Positions 50,127-60,859 of a stretch of 64,000 nucleotides of DNA are shown piece by piece. Source of the stretch: Escherichia phage HY03. How positions within the stretch are numbered: the first letter of the stretch is position 1; each line of letters starts with the position of its first letter. The notes below the pieces were generated by a model. That model had not been told where the DNA came from. It saw only the letters and a list, made by a program, of their open reading frames with translations, and did not search any database. The DNA is taken from sequence record NC_031047.1. One strand, given 5' to 3'. The position numbers and the translations under genes were made by a program.

Positions 50127-50309
50127 ATGGTTATGATTGATAAAGAAATTAAAAAGGGACAGTATTATCTTATTAATGATAATGTTGTTCGCGTTACTTA
50201 CGTAAATGGTTATGATGTTTATTATCTTATACTTAAGTTACATAAACACATGATTTGTGACCGTGCTGTATTTAGTTCAGTTGCTAAGGAAATTAAACTC
50301 CATGGGTAA
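50127..50309 (+). CDS. hypothetical small protein
   Basis: 60-aa ORF downstream of an early promoter. Confidence 0.5.
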   Translation: MVMIDKEIKKGQYYLINDNVVRVTYVNGYDVYYLILKLHKHMICDRAVFSSVAKEIKLHG

Positions 50310-50595
50310 AACGTATCGTCGTAAAGACTTAAAAGTGCGTGATTATGACTATTTCGGAAAGCGTAAAGCTCCTGATGGGGTAAGTCATAAAGATATGGTT
50401 GAAAACATTTTTCGCTCAGATAAATGGCGACGTATGCGAGGTGTTGATTCAGAGGTTAAGAATGAATTGAATCGTCAATTACGTGGTGAAGTAAGAAAGT
50501 TGAAAAAATCAGTTTACATTGACGATGATTTTGATTATAATATTTCTCAACGAGTTGCTAAACGTAAATCAAACGAGTGCTATCGTTACAGCTGA
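50302..50595 (+). CDS. hypothetical basic protein
   Basis: 97 aa from ATG overlapping the upstream stop. Confidence 0.5.
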   Translation: MGKTYRRKDLKVRDYDYFGKRKAPDGVSHKDMVENIFRSDKWRRMRGVDSEVKNELNRQLRGEVRKLKKSVYIDDDFDYNISQRVAKRKSNECYRYS

Positions 50596-50602
50596 GGAAA
50601 AT

Positions 50603-50734
50603 ATGAATATCAAACGAATGCTTTTTAAGCAGGGGTTATATACTTTAAATGTTACTCCAAAAGGCGATACGACCAAGTGGTCAGTAAATGACTGGATTAA
50701 ATTTATTGATGAAAACGGTAACTGGAAAATTTAA
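50603..50734 (+). CDS. hypothetical small protein (43 aa)
   Basis: ATG with GAGGAA RBS. Confidence 0.4.
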   Translation: MNIKRMLFKQGLYTLNVTPKGDTTKWSVNDWIKFIDENGNWKI

Positions 50735-50935
50735 ATGAATCCTGAATCTAAATTATCGCAGCGAATTGCTGAAGAACGCGCCAAATTTTTCCAGAACATG
50801 AAACACAATGGTATTGAGGATGAAGTTTTTCTAAATTGGTTCTGGAATAATAAGTATGCAGCATGTGAAGGAGCTTTGTCATTGTCAGTCGCAATGATGT
50901 ACGAAGGCTGGAAGGGTGCCAAAAAGTTTAGCTAA
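50735..50935 (+). CDS. hypothetical small protein
   Basis: 66-aa ORF. Confidence 0.5.
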   Translation: MNPESKLSQRIAEERAKFFQNMKHNGIEDEVFLNWFWNNKYAACEGALSLSVAMMYEGWKGAKKFS

Positions 50936-50952
50936 GGGCTTCGGCCCTTTTT
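50934..50952 (+). terminator. intrinsic terminator AAGGGC-UUCG-GCCCUU with U-run
   Basis: Perfect stem, UUCG loop, TTTTT. Confidence 0.7.
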
Positions 50953-50987
50953 GGATAATAAAATTTTAACGTAATTGAGGATAATGT

Positions 50988-51314
50988 ATGACTATTCAAA
51001 TTAAAAACGTCATTAATTCTTACGCATATGATAAAGTAGTTTCTTTGCTAGAAAAAGGCGATATTGTAACTCCTCAAATTTTGGATAAATGGGAAAAAGA
51101 GCTTCATCAGATGATGAAACAGAATGATCAGAAGATTGGACGCAATACTGTCCGTGAATTGTTGGTTCAATATATCTTGTCAGAATTTGATGTTAAAGCT
51201 TTTGGTGTAGAATCTAAAGCTTATCAAAAGCATGAAATTTCCGATAAAACTATTCGTCGCATGAAAAATCAACGCAAGAAAAAATTTGCAGACCTGAAAA
51301 TTACTAAGGTATAA
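50988..51314 (+). CDS. hypothetical protein
   Basis: 108-aa ORF. Confidence 0.55.
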   Translation: MTIQIKNVINSYAYDKVVSLLEKGDIVTPQILDKWEKELHQMMKQNDQKIGRNTVRELLVQYILSEFDVKAFGVESKAYQKHEISDKTIRRMKNQRKKKFADLKITKV

Positions 51315-51316
51315 TT

Positions 51317-51532
51317 ATGAACGAAGCTCTTATTAACGATTTGCGTCTTGCTGGATATGAAGTAAATACAAATGGCATTGGTTTAACTCAAATTGAAGGA
51401 AACGGATTCATCCTTGAGTATGAATTTAGCCAATGGTGGTTATATGCTAATTACGGCGAATTGATTGAATATGTTGACCAATTTGATTCACTAGATGCAG
51501 CTCTTGAAGCGGCTAAGTTGATGAATGTATGA
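51317..51532 (+). CDS. hypothetical acidic small protein
   Basis: 71-aa ORF. Confidence 0.5.
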   Translation: MNEALINDLRLAGYEVNTNGIGLTQIEGNGFILEYEFSQWWLYANYGELIEYVDQFDSLDAALEAAKLMNV

Positions 51533-51798
51533 AATTTATTAATATTTCTATTACTATTGAAAATTATGGCATTTTCTATGTTGACCAATGCATGAAAATT
51601 TCATTTTTCCCAAATAAGACTGGTGTTGGATATTGGGAAAGTCATGTTTCTGAATTAAATGAAAGTGAATATGTTAGCACACATGAAAAGTTTTTAGACT
51701 TTTTATATCATGCTGATTTAACTAGTCATTATATAGATATTCATGAATTTAAAAAGATGATGGAGAAAGTATTCCAAGCATACTGTTTACTTAGATAA
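51529..51798 (+). CDS. hypothetical protein
   Basis: 89-aa ORF with ATGA overlap. Confidence 0.5.
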   Translation: MKFINISITIENYGIFYVDQCMKISFFPNKTGVGYWESHVSELNESEYVSTHEKFLDFLYHADLTSHYIDIHEFKKMMEKVFQAYCLLR

Positions 51799-51811
51799 CT
51801 GATATCCTCTA

Positions 51812-51839
51812 TGCTTTAAGATAGATCTTCAAATATTAT
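51812..51839 (+). promoter_or_regulatory. candidate MotA-dependent middle promoter upstream of gene 55
   Basis: TGCTTTA, 15 nt, TATTAT about 40 nt upstream of the gp55 ATG. Confidence 0.4.
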
Positions 51840-51876
51840 GATATAATAGATCTATGAATTGAGCTAAGAGGTGAAA

Positions 51877-52434
51877 ATGTCAGAAACTAAGCCTAAATAT
51901 AATTACGTAAACAATAAAGAGCTTTTACAAGCTATTATTGATTGGAAAACAGAATTAGCAAATAATAAAGACCCAAATAAAGTAGTTCGTCAGAATGATA
52001 CTATCGGATTAGCCATTATGCTTATTGCAGAAGGCTTATCTAAACGTTTCAACTTTTCAGGATACACCCAGTCTTGGAAACAAGAAATGATTGCAGATGG
52101 TATAGAAGCTTCTATTAAGGGGCTTCATAATTTTGATGAAACGAAATATAAAAACCCACATGCGTATATAACTCAAGCTTGTTTTAATGCATTCGTCCAA
52201 CGTATTAAAAAAGAACGTAAGGAAGTTGCAAAGAAATATAGTTACTTCGTTCACAATGTCTATGACAGCCGTGACGACGATATGGTTGCGTTAGTAGATG
52301 AAACTTTTATTCAAGACATCTACGATAAAATGACGCATTACGAAGAATCAACCTATAGAACACCGGGGGCTGAAAAGAAAAGTGTTGTAGACGATTCTCC
52401 TAGTTTGGATTTTTTATATGAGGCTAACGATTAA
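51877..52434 (+). CDS. 55: late-transcription sigma factor gp55
   Basis: 185 aa from ATG; matches T4 gp55. Confidence 0.95.
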
Positions 52435-52636
52435 CCTCTCCGGATTCTTGGAAGAAATACCTGAAGTTGAAGCTATTCCCTATTTACTTAAAATGTATCT
52501 CAGGGAAGTTTTAGCTCTTGACATTGATATTGATCCAGAAAATCCGTATGATACCGCTTTTAAATCTAATGGTGTAGAATTAAACTATCGGTATCATTTA
52601 ACAGATGATGATTTTTATTTTATATTAGAGAAATAA
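52418..52636 (+). CDS. hypothetical acidic small protein
   Basis: 72-aa ORF overlapping the gp55 3' end. Confidence 0.45.
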
Positions 52637-52637
52637 T

Positions 52638-52955
52638 ATGACTGATAAACCCGAAATTAATGATGAAGTGGAAAAGCTTATTTCTTCTATTGAAGAAAAG
52701 AACCGTCTTGAAGCAGAAAGAAAAGCAAATAAGTTATTGTCTAAAAACAAACGCGAACTGAATCGTCTTTATAAGCACGCTCAGATTGCGGCTGAAAATA
52801 ATAATTTTGCTCAATACGAGTATGCTATCAAGAAAAGTCGGGATATTCTAAAACAGCCATATAACGATGAACTCATCAGTATTCTTTGGAAGACTACTAG
52901 ATCGCAGATTGAGGATATGATTGATGCTTACACACGTAAAATTCAAGCGTCTTAA
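52638..52955 (+). CDS. hypothetical protein
   Basis: 105-aa ORF. Confidence 0.55.
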   Translation: MTDKPEINDEVEKLISSIEEKNRLEAERKANKLLSKNKRELNRLYKHAQIAAENNNFAQYEYAIKKSRDILKQPYNDELISILWKTTRSQIEDMIDAYTRKIQAS

Positions 52956-53127
52956 AATTAATGCAGGATTTACTGAATCTTTGAACGGTCATCTTTGCGT
53001 GAAAATTTCTGAAAAAGAATACCACGATAGTTCAATTAAAGAAGTTAATCCTCCTATTGTAAGAGCAGACCCTAATATGAAAGTGTGGGTTGATTCTTAT
53101 CAAGTCAAAAAATGGTGGCAGTTATGA
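52924..53127 (+). CDS. hypothetical small protein
   Basis: 67 aa from ATG. Confidence 0.45.
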   Translation: MLTHVKFKRLKINAGFTESLNGHLCVKISEKEYHDSSIKEVNPPIVRADPNMKVWVDSYQVKKWWQL

Positions 53128-53302
53128 AAGATGAACACCAGACTTCTGAAATAGATTATAATAAAATTCGTTCCTCTAAAGTAGAAATGATGAGACGCTT
53201 TAAAGAGTCTCATGATAAAGCTAAAGCAGAAGGAACTATAACATATAAGCGTATAAAAATTTAGAAGCTCTAACGAGCCTTTGTATGGGCGTATTATGCG
53301 GA

Positions 53303-53320
53303 TAGGAGCTTCGGCTCCTA
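53303..53320 (+). other. stem-loop UAGGAGC-UUCG-GCUCCUA upstream of agt
   Basis: Perfect 7-bp stem with UUCG loop. Confidence 0.5.
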
Positions 53321-53372
53321 TATTGCTTTATAAATTTTTTGATAAAATAAACCAAAACAAAGAGGATATTAA

Positions 53373-54575
53373 ATGAAAGTATGCATTTTTCTGGCTCGGG
53401 GTCTTGAAGGTTGTGGTGTAACTAAATTTTCTCTTGAGCAGCGTGATTGGTTTATTAAAAATGGTCATGAAGTAACTTTGGTTTATGCTAAAGATAAATC
53501 ATTTACTCGTACAAGTTCTCATGACCACAAATCATTTTCAATTCCAGTTATTTTAGCTAAAGAATACGATAAAGCACTTAAACTGATTAATGATTGTGAT
53601 ATTCTAATTATTAATTCTGTTCCTGCTACTTCCGTTCAAGAAGCCACGATTAATAACTATAAAAAACTTTTAGATAATATTAAACCTTCTATTCGTGTTG
53701 TAGTTTATCAGCATGATCATTCTGTTCTTTCTTTGCGTCGAAATTTGGGATTAGAAGAAACTGTTCGTCGAGCTGATGTTATTTTTAGTCATTCTGATAA
53801 TGGCGATTTTAATAAAGTTCTGATGAAAGAATGGTATCCAGAAACTGTTTCTCTGTTTGATGATATTGAAGAAGCACCAACAGTATATAATTTTCAGCCT
53901 CCTATGGATATTGCGAAGGTTCGGTCAACTTATTGGAAAGATGTTTCTGAAATTAACATGAACATCAACCGTTGGATTGGTCGTACGACTACATGGAAAG
54001 GTTTTTATCAGATGTTTGATTTTCACGAAAAATTCTTAAAACCTGCTGGTAAATCCACTGTAATGGAAGGTCTTGAACGTTCCCCTGCTTTTATTGCAAT
54101 TAAGGAAAAAGGTATTCCGTATGAATATTATGGTAATCGTGAGATTGATAAAATGAATCTCACGCCGAATCAACCGGCACAAATCCTAGATTGTTATATT
54201 AATAGTGAAATGCTTGAACGAATGAGTAAATCTGGCTTTGGATATCAGTTGAGTAAACTTAACCAGAAATACTTACAACGCTCACTCGAATATACTCATC
54301 TTGAATTAGGTGCTTGCGGTACAATTCCTGTTTTCTGGAAATCAACAGGTGATAATTTAAAATTCCGTGTTGATAATACTCCTTTGACCTCACATGATAG
54401 CGGTATCATTTGGTTTGATGAAAATGACATGGAATCAACATTCGAGCGTATTAAAGAACTGTCATCTGACCGAGCTCTTTATGACCGTGAGCGAGAAAAA
54501 GCATATGAATTTTTGTATCAGCATCAAGATTCAAGCTTCTGCTTTAAAGAACAGTTTGACATTATTACAAAATAA
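53373..54575 (+). CDS. agt: DNA alpha-glucosyltransferase
   Basis: 400-aa ORF matching T4 alpha-gt in length and position next to gene 47. Confidence 0.85.
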   Translation: MKVCIFLARGLEGCGVTKFSLEQRDWFIKNGHEVTLVYAKDKSFTRTSSHDHKSFSIPVILAKEYDKALKLINDCDILIINSVPATSVQEATINNYKKLLDNIKPSIRVVVYQHDHSVLSLRRNLGLEETVRRADVIFSHSDNGDFNKVLMKEWYPETVSLFDDIEEAPTVYNFQPPMDIAKVRSTYWKDVSEINMNINRWIGRTTTWKGFYQMFDFHEKFLKPAGKSTVMEGLERSPAFIAIKEKGIPYEYYGNREIDKMNLTPNQPAQILDCYINSEMLERMSKSGFGYQLSKLNQKYLQRSLEYTHLELGACGTIPVFWKSTGDNLKFRVDNTPLTSHDSGIIWFDENDMESTFERIKELSSDRALYDREREKAYEFLYQHQDSSFCFKEQFDIITK

Positions 54576-54590
54576 AGGGCTTCGGCCCTT
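54575..54590 (+). terminator. stem-loop AAGGGC-UUCG-GCCCUU after agt
   Basis: Perfect stem with UUCG loop. Confidence 0.6.
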
Positions 54591-54614
54591 TAGCTTTATA
54601 CAGAGTTTGATATA

Positions 54615-54755
54615 ATGATATTTCTTGGATATGTGATACTTTTTCTTGCATTTTATCTATTCGCTAGAGCATGTTGGATTGGGTTCTTTAGCACTCCAGA
54701 TGGATTTATTTCAATAATTTTATTTTGCATTTCAATGACGGTTCTTGATATATGA
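54615..54755 (+). CDS. small hydrophobic membrane peptide (46 aa)
   Basis: ATG after TATAAT-like element; stop overlaps the gp47 start (ATGA). Confidence 0.45.
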   Translation: MIFLGYVILFLAFYLFARACWIGFFSTPDGFISIILFCISMTVLDI

Positions 54756-55771
54756 AAATTTTAAATTTAGGTGATTGGCATTTAGGCGTTAAAGCTGATG
54801 ATGAGTGGATTCGCGGTATTCAAATTGATGGAATTAAACAAGCAATAGAATATTCTAAGAAAAATGGAATTACTGTATGGATTCAATATGGTGATATTTT
54901 TGATGTGCGAAAAGCAATCACACATAAAACTATGGAGTTTGCCCGTGAAATAGTTCAAATGCTTGATGACGCTGGAATCACATTACATACTATTGTAGGA
55001 AATCACGATCTCCACTACAAAAATGTAATGCATCCAAATGCCTCTACTGAGCTTTTGGCTAAATATCCTAATGTTAAAGTATATGATAAGCCTACTACAG
55101 TAGATTTTGACGGATGTTTGATTGATTTAATTCCTTGGATGTGCGAAGAAAATACTGGTGAAATTCTTGAGCACATCAAAACTTCATCTGCTTCTTTTTG
55201 TGTTGGTCACTGGGAACTGAATGGATTTTATTTTTATAAAGGAATGAAATCTCATGGTCTTGAACCCGATTTCCTTAAGACTTATAAAGAGGTGTGGTCT
55301 GGTCACTTCCATACTATCTCTGAGGCTGCTAACGTCAGATATATTGGGACACCATGGACACTAACTGCCGGTGACGAGAATGACCCTCGTGGGTTCTGGA
55401 TGTTTGATACAGAAACAGAACGAATGGAATTTATTCCAAACAATACTACCTGGCATCGTAGAATTCATTATCCATTTAAAGGAAAAATTGACTATAAAGA
55501 TTTTACAAATCTATCAGTACGTGTTATAGTAACTGAAGTAGACAAAAATCTGACGAAGTTCGAATCTGAACTAGAAAAAGTTGTGCATTCATTACGAGTT
55601 GTGTCAAAGATTGATAACTCTGTCGAGTCAGATGACAGTGAAGAAGTTGAAGTTCAATCGCTTCAGACATTAATGGAAGAGTATATTAATGCAATTCCAG
55701 ACATCACTGATTCTGACCGTGAAGCACTTATTCAATATGCAAATCAGCTATATGTAGAGGCAACACAATGA
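54752..55771 (+). CDS. 47: recombination endonuclease subunit gp47 (Mre11-like)
   Basis: 339 aa; phosphoesterase motifs (GDWH, GDIFD, GNHD). Confidence 0.95.
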   Translation: MKILNLGDWHLGVKADDEWIRGIQIDGIKQAIEYSKKNGITVWIQYGDIFDVRKAITHKTMEFAREIVQMLDDAGITLHTIVGNHDLHYKNVMHPNASTELLAKYPNVKVYDKPTTVDFDGCLIDLIPWMCEENTGEILEHIKTSSASFCVGHWELNGFYFYKGMKSHGLEPDFLKTYKEVWSGHFHTISEAANVRYIGTPWTLTAGDENDPRGFWMFDTETERMEFIPNNTTWHRRIHYPFKGKIDYKDFTNLSVRVIVTEVDKNLTKFESELEKVVHSLRVVSKIDNSVESDDSEEVEVQSLQTLMEEYINAIPDITDSDREALIQYANQLYVEATQ

Positions 55772-56031
55772 CTTTTGATGAATTTAAAAATGTTATGATG
55801 AGTCAGCATTTTGAATGCGAAGTAAAAGATGATATTGGGCATAAAGAAATTATTGAATACTGGTTTGAACCGCTAGAAGTTGAAGATAATTGTATTAAAA
55901 AGGTTACAGTCTGCACTGACTGGGCTGTATCTTTTAACTTCAACATTTTAGATAATGACACACCTAAATCATTACGAAATATGGCTGTATCTTGTATTAA
56001 GGATGCATACTGTGAAGTTTTCGACATTTGA
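55768..56031 (+). CDS. hypothetical protein (46.x position)
   Basis: 87-aa ORF. Confidence 0.55.
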   Translation: MTFDEFKNVMMSQHFECEVKDDIGHKEIIEYWFEPLEVEDNCIKKVTVCTDWAVSFNFNILDNDTPKSLRNMAVSCIKDAYCEVFDI

Positions 56032-56218
56032 CATTAATGATGAATTCATAGCAAATATTGATTACACCGAAGAAGATTCTAGATATGTTGGAATAATTTA
56101 TATCACATCAAAAGCAGCACAAGGCGTTGTTTGCACGGCTGAATTTGATGAATACTTTTTAGATTATGATGATATGATAGAATGGTCTAAAAGATACATT
56201 AAAAGGAATCTTTTGTGA
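56003..56218 (+). CDS. hypothetical protein (46.x position)
   Basis: 71 aa from internal ATG. Confidence 0.45.
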   Translation: MHTVKFSTFDINDEFIANIDYTEEDSRYVGIIYITSKAAQGVVCTAEFDEYFLDYDDMIEWSKRYIKRNLL

Positions 56219-57897
56219 AGAATTTTAAACTAAACCGAGTTAGGTATCAAAATATAATGTCAGTAGGTGGAAATCCTATTGACATTCAATTAGATAAGGT
56301 TCAAAAAACTCTTATTACTGGACGAAATGGCGGTGGTAAGTCTACTATGTTAGAAGCCATCACATTTGGGCTTTTTGGCAAGCCATTTCGCGATGTAAAG
56401 AAAGGTCAATTAATAAACAGCACAAATAAGAAAGAACTTTTAGTTGAACTGTGGATGGAATATGATGAGAAAAAGTATTATATCAAAAGAGGACAAAAAC
56501 CAAACGTTTTCGAAATCACCGTTAACGGTACACGTCTTAATGAATCTGCCAGCAGTAAAGATTTCCAAGCAGAATTTGAACAGCTTATCGGAATGTCATA
56601 TGCCAGTTTCAAGCAGATTGTTGTCCTTGGTACAGCAGGGTATACCCCTTTCATGGGTTTGTCGACCCCTGCGCGAAGAAAGCTTGTGGAAGACCTGCTC
56701 GAGGTAGGAACATTAGCTGAAATGGATAAGCTTAATAAAGCACTAATACGTGAATTAAATTCACAAAACCAAGTGCTTGATGTTAAAAAAGATAGTATTA
56801 TCCAACAAATTAAAATATATAATGATAATGTTGAACGCCAGAAAAAATTGTCTGGTGACAATCTTACTCGTCTTCAAAATATGTATGATGATTTGGCAAA
56901 AGAAGCTAGAACGCTAAAATCGGAAATAGAAGAAGCTAATGAAAGATTAGTTAATATTGTTTTGGATGAAGACCCTACTGATGCATTTAATAAAATCGGT
57001 CAAGAAGCAGTTTTGATTAAATCAAAAATTGACTCGTATAATAAAGTCATTAATATGTATCACGAAGGTGGATTATGTCCAACCTGTTTGTCACAATTAA
57101 GTTCCGGTGATAAAGTTGTTTCTAAAATTAAAGATAAAGTTTCTGAATGTACGCATTCGTTTGAACAGCTTTCAACACACCGTGATAATTTAAAAGTTCT
57201 TGTTGATGAATACCGAGATAATATTAAAACCCAGCAGTCGTTGGCAAATGATATTCGCAATAAAAAGCAATCTCTGATCGCAGCAGTAGATAAAGCTAAA
57301 AAGGTTAAAGCGGCTATAGAAAAAGCATCTTCTGAGTTTATTGACCATGCTGATGAAATAGCACTGCTTCAAGAAGAACTTGATAAAATTGTTAAGACAA
57401 AAACTAATTTAGTAATGGAAAAATACCACCGAGGAATTTTGACTGATATGCTCAAAGATTCTGGTATTAAAGGTGCTATTATTAAAAAGTACATTCCATT
57501 ATTTAATAAGCAGATTAACCATTATCTTAAAATAATGGAAGCGGATTATGTGTTTACATTAGATGAAGAATTTAATGAGACAATTAAATCCCGTGGTCGT
57601 GAAGATTTTAGTTATGCTTCATTTAGTGAAGGTGAAAAGGCACGAATCGATATTGCTCTTTTATTTACTTGGCGTGATATTGCTTCTATCGTATCTGGTG
57701 TTAGTATTAGTACATTAATTCTTGATGAAGTGTTTGATGGGTCATTTGATGCCGAAGGTATTAAAGGTGTAGCTAATATTATAAATTCAATGAAAAACAC
57801 TAATGTTTTTATAATTTCGCATAAAGACCATGACCCGCAAGAATATGGTCAGCATCTTCAAATGAAGAAAGTCGGTCGATTTACTGTAATGGTTTAA
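56215..57897 (+). CDS. 46: recombination endonuclease subunit gp46 (Rad50-like ATPase)
   Basis: 560 aa; Walker A GRNGGGKST, central coiled coil with CPTC zinc hook, signature FSEGE, Walker B LILDE. Confidence 0.95.
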   Translation: MKNFKLNRVRYQNIMSVGGNPIDIQLDKVQKTLITGRNGGGKSTMLEAITFGLFGKPFRDVKKGQLINSTNKKELLVELWMEYDEKKYYIKRGQKPNVFEITVNGTRLNESASSKDFQAEFEQLIGMSYASFKQIVVLGTAGYTPFMGLSTPARRKLVEDLLEVGTLAEMDKLNKALIRELNSQNQVLDVKKDSIIQQIKIYNDNVERQKKLSGDNLTRLQNMYDDLAKEARTLKSEIEEANERLVNIVLDEDPTDAFNKIGQEAVLIKSKIDSYNKVINMYHEGGLCPTCLSQLSSGDKVVSKIKDKVSECTHSFEQLSTHRDNLKVLVDEYRDNIKTQQSLANDIRNKKQSLIAAVDKAKKVKAAIEKASSEFIDHADEIALLQEELDKIVKTKTNLVMEKYHRGILTDMLKDSGIKGAIIKKYIPLFNKQINHYLKIMEADYVFTLDEEFNETIKSRGREDFSYASFSEGEKARIDIALLFTWRDIASIVSGVSISTLILDEVFDGSFDAEGIKGVANIINSMKNTNVFIISHKDHDPQEYGQHLQMKKVGRFTVMV

Positions 57898-57952
57898 TTT
57901 ATAAGAGATTATGCTTTAATTTATTAGAGTATAATCTCTATGGAGGAAAAAC

Positions 57953-58141
57953 ATGGAATATTCAACTGGACAGCATCTATTAACTATTCCTGAAATAAAA
58001 CGATATATTCTGAGAAATAATTTTTCTAACGAAGAGCATATAGTTACTGAATCTATGCTTAGGAATGCATTTAAATCAGAATATACAAAAATAATGTCCA
58101 ATAGAAATGAAGCTTGGACTGTTACTGATTATTATGACTAA
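57953..58141 (+). CDS. hypothetical small protein (45.2 position)
   Basis: 62-aa ORF. Confidence 0.5.
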   Translation: MEYSTGQHLLTIPEIKRYILRNNFSNEEHIVTESMLRNAFKSEYTKIMSNRNEAWTVTDYYD

Positions 58142-58150
58142 AGGTGTATT

Positions 58151-58540
58151 ATGACTAAAATTACTGTGAATTATACTGTTGATGTAAAAGATATTCAGCC
58201 AAAACACGTGCGTTCTGAATCAAATCCACAAAACCAAAATAAAATTCGTCGAGCATGGGTTTTGTCTCTTTCTGATAACGCAATGGAAGTTATTCAGAAC
58301 AAAATTAAATCTGCACCTGCTCGTCATGCGTATTATGAAGCTATCGATCGTGAAGTAAGTAATAAATGGATTGAACTAATGCGCAAACATACTACAGAAT
58401 CTCTAAACGCTGGTGCTAAATTTATTATGACTTCATGTGGTGAACGCCTTGAAGATGATTATTGCGGTAATGCAGATGAACGTCTAATTGTTGCTGCTCA
58501 AATTATTGCGGAAACAATTGCGGCTGATTTTAATCGTTAA
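58151..58540 (+). CDS. rpbA: RNA polymerase binding protein RpbA
   Basis: 129-aa ORF upstream of gene 45 as in T4. Confidence 0.8.
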   Translation: MTKITVNYTVDVKDIQPKHVRSESNPQNQNKIRRAWVLSLSDNAMEVIQNKIKSAPARHAYYEAIDREVSNKWIELMRKHTTESLNAGAKFIMTSCGERLEDDYCGNADERLIVAAQIIAETIAADFNR

Positions 58541-58595
58541 TTGCTTTATTAAATTAGTTATAAAAATAAATCTCATTTGAATTGAAGGAAATTAC

Positions 58596-59282
58596 ATGAA
58601 ACTGTCTAAAGATACACTGAATATTTTGAAAAATTTCGCTACTATTAACTCCGGTATTATGCTTAAATCCGGTCAATTTATTATGACTCGCGCAGTTAAT
58701 GGTACAACTTATGCGGAAGCAAATATTTCTGACGTTATTGATTTTGATGTAGCAATTTACGATTTGAACGGTTTTCTCGGTATTCTGTCTTTAGTTAATG
58801 ATGATGCAGAAATTTCCCAGTCAGAAGATGGTAATATTAAAATTGCTGATGCTCGCTCAACAATTTTTTGGCCAGCAGCCGATCCGAGTACAGTAGTTGC
58901 TCCTAATAAACCAATTCCATTCCCGGTAGCATCTGTTGTTACTGAAATTAAAGCTGAAGACCTTCAACAACTGTTGCGTGTATCTCGTGGTCTGCAAATT
59001 GATACAATTGCTATCACGGTAAAAGAAGGTAAAATCGTAATTAACGGTTTTAATAAAGTAGAAGATTCTGCTCTGACCCGTGTTAAATATTCTTTGACTC
59101 TTGGTGATTATGATGGTGAAAATACATTTAATTTCATTATCAATATGGCAAATATGAAAATGCAACCAGGAAATTATAAACTTCTGCTCTGGGCAAAAGG
59201 TAAACAAGGTGCTGCTAAATTTGAAGGTGAACACGCGAATTATGTAGTAGCTCTTGAAGCTGATTCTACCCACGACTTTTAA
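58596..59282 (+). CDS. 45: sliding clamp gp45
   Basis: 228 aa; matches T4 gp45. Confidence 0.95.
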   Translation: MKLSKDTLNILKNFATINSGIMLKSGQFIMTRAVNGTTYAEANISDVIDFDVAIYDLNGFLGILSLVNDDAEISQSEDGNIKIADARSTIFWPAADPSTVVAPNKPIPFPVASVVTEIKAEDLQQLLRVSRGLQIDTIAITVKEGKIVINGFNKVEDSALTRVKYSLTLGDYDGENTFNFIINMANMKMQPGNYKLLLWAKGKQGAAKFEGEHANYVVALEADSTHDF

Positions 59283-59285
59283 TAG

Positions 59286-59299
59286 AGGGCTTCGGCCCT
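59286..59299 (+). terminator. stem-loop AGGGC-UUCG-GCCCU after gene 45
   Basis: Perfect stem with UUCG loop. Confidence 0.6.
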
Positions 59300-59333
59300 T
59301 TATAATTTACACTAAAACTTGAATGAGGAAATT

Positions 59334-60293
59334 ATGATTACTGTAAATGAAAAAGAACACATTCTTGAACAGAAATATCGTCCATCTACTATCGATGAAT
59401 GTATTCTTCCCGCCTTTGATAAAGAAACCTTTAAATCTATTACAAGTAAAGGTAAGATTCCACATATTATTCTTCATTCTCCTTCTCCGGGAACAGGTAA
59501 AACAACTGTAGCAAAAGCATTGTGTCATGATGTAAATGCTGATATGATGTTTGTGAATGGATCAGATTGTAAAATTGATTTCGTTCGCGGTCCTTTGACC
59601 AATTTTGCTAGTGCAGCTTCATTTGATGGTCGTCAAAAAGTAATCGTTATTGATGAATTTGACCGTTCAGGGTTAGCAGAGTCTCAGCGACATCTTCGTT
59701 CCTTTATGGAAGCTTATAGTTCAAACTGTAGTATTATTATTACTGCTAACAATATTGATGGTATTATTAAACCACTTCAGTCACGCTGCCGAGTTATTAC
59801 ATTCGGTCAACCGACCGATGAAGATAAAATTGAAATGATGAAGCAGATGATTCGTCGATTGACTGAAATCTGCAAGCGTGAAGGAATTGCTATAGCTGAT
59901 ATGAAAGTTGTAGCAGCTTTGGTTAAAAAGAATTTTCCTGATTTTCGTAAAACTATTGGCGAGCTCGATAGTTATTCATCTAAAGGTGTTTTGGATGCTG
60001 GTATTTTATCACTGGTTACTAACGATCGTGGTGCTATTGATGATGTTCTTGAGTCTCTCAAAAATAAAGATGTTAAACAGCTCAGAGCTTTAGCACCAAA
60101 ATATGCAGCTGATTATTCGTGGTTCGTAGGTAAACTTGCCGAAGAAATCTATACACGCGTAACTCCGCAAAGTATTATTCGTATGTATGAAATTGTTGGT
60201 GAAAATAACCAGTATCATGGAATTGCGGCTAATACTGAATTACATTTAGCATATCTTTTCATTCAATTGGCATGTGAAATGCAGTGGAAGTGA
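59334..60293 (+). CDS. 44: clamp loader large subunit gp44
   Basis: 319 aa from ATG; Walker [15 protein letters not shown] box. Confidence 0.95.
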   Translation: MITVNEKEHILEQKYRPSTIDECILPAFDKETFKSITSKGKIPHIILHSPSPGTGKTTVAKALCHDVNADMMFVNGSDCKIDFVRGPLTNFASAASFDGRQKVIVIDEFDRSGLAESQRHLRSFMEAYSSNCSIIITANNIDGIIKPLQSRCRVITFGQPTDEDKIEMMKQMIRRLTEICKREGIAIADMKVVAALVKKNFPDFRKTIGELDSYSSKGVLDAGILSLVTNDRGAIDDVLESLKNKDVKQLRALAPKYAADYSWFVGKLAEEIYTRVTPQSIIRMYEIVGENNQYHGIAANTELHLAYLFIQLACEMQWK

Positions 60294-60294
60294 T

Positions 60295-60858
60295 ATGAGC
60301 TTATTTGAAGATGATATTCAATTAAACGAGCATCAAGTTGCTTGGTATTCAAAAGATTGGACAGCTGTCCAATCTGCTGCTGATTCTTTTAAGGAAAAAG
60401 CTGAAAATGAATTTTTTGAAATAATTGGAGCGATCAATAATAAAACTAAATGCTCTATTGCTCAAAAAGATTATTCAAAATACATGGTTGAGAATGCATT
60501 ATCACAATTTCCTGAGTGCATGCCAGCTGTATATGCTATGAATTTAATTGGATCAGGTTTAAGCGATGAAGCCCATTTTAATTATCTGATGGCTGCTGTT
60601 CCTCGTGGTAAAAGATATGGTAAATGGGCAAAACTGGTTGAAGATTCTACCGAAGTATTGATTATTAAGTTACTTGCTAAGCGGTATCAAGTTAATACAA
60701 ATGATGCAATTAACTATAAATCAATTCTTACTAAAAATGGAAAACTTCCTTTAGTATTAAAAGAACTAAAAGGTTTAGTCACGGATGATTTTTTGAAAGA
60801 AGTGACTAAGAACGTAAAAGAACAGAAACAACTCAAAAAACTAGCATTGGAATGGTAA
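60295..60858 (+). CDS. 62: clamp loader small subunit gp62
   Basis: 187 aa from ATG just after the gp44 stop. Confidence 0.9.
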   Translation: MSLFEDDIQLNEHQVAWYSKDWTAVQSAADSFKEKAENEFFEIIGAINNKTKCSIAQKDYSKYMVENALSQFPECMPAVYAMNLIGSGLSDEAHFNYLMAAVPRGKRYGKWAKLVEDSTEVLIIKLLAKRYQVNTNDAINYKSILTKNGKLPLVLKELKGLVTDDFLKEVTKNVKEQKQLKKLALEW

Positions 60859-60859
60859 A

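Noticed and set aside
54394-54615. 73-aa ORF overlapping the 3' end of agt
   Set aside because: It is an alternative-frame overlap within agt plus the terminator region; a separate 46-aa hydrophobic ORF at 54615..54755 is the more plausible small gene there.
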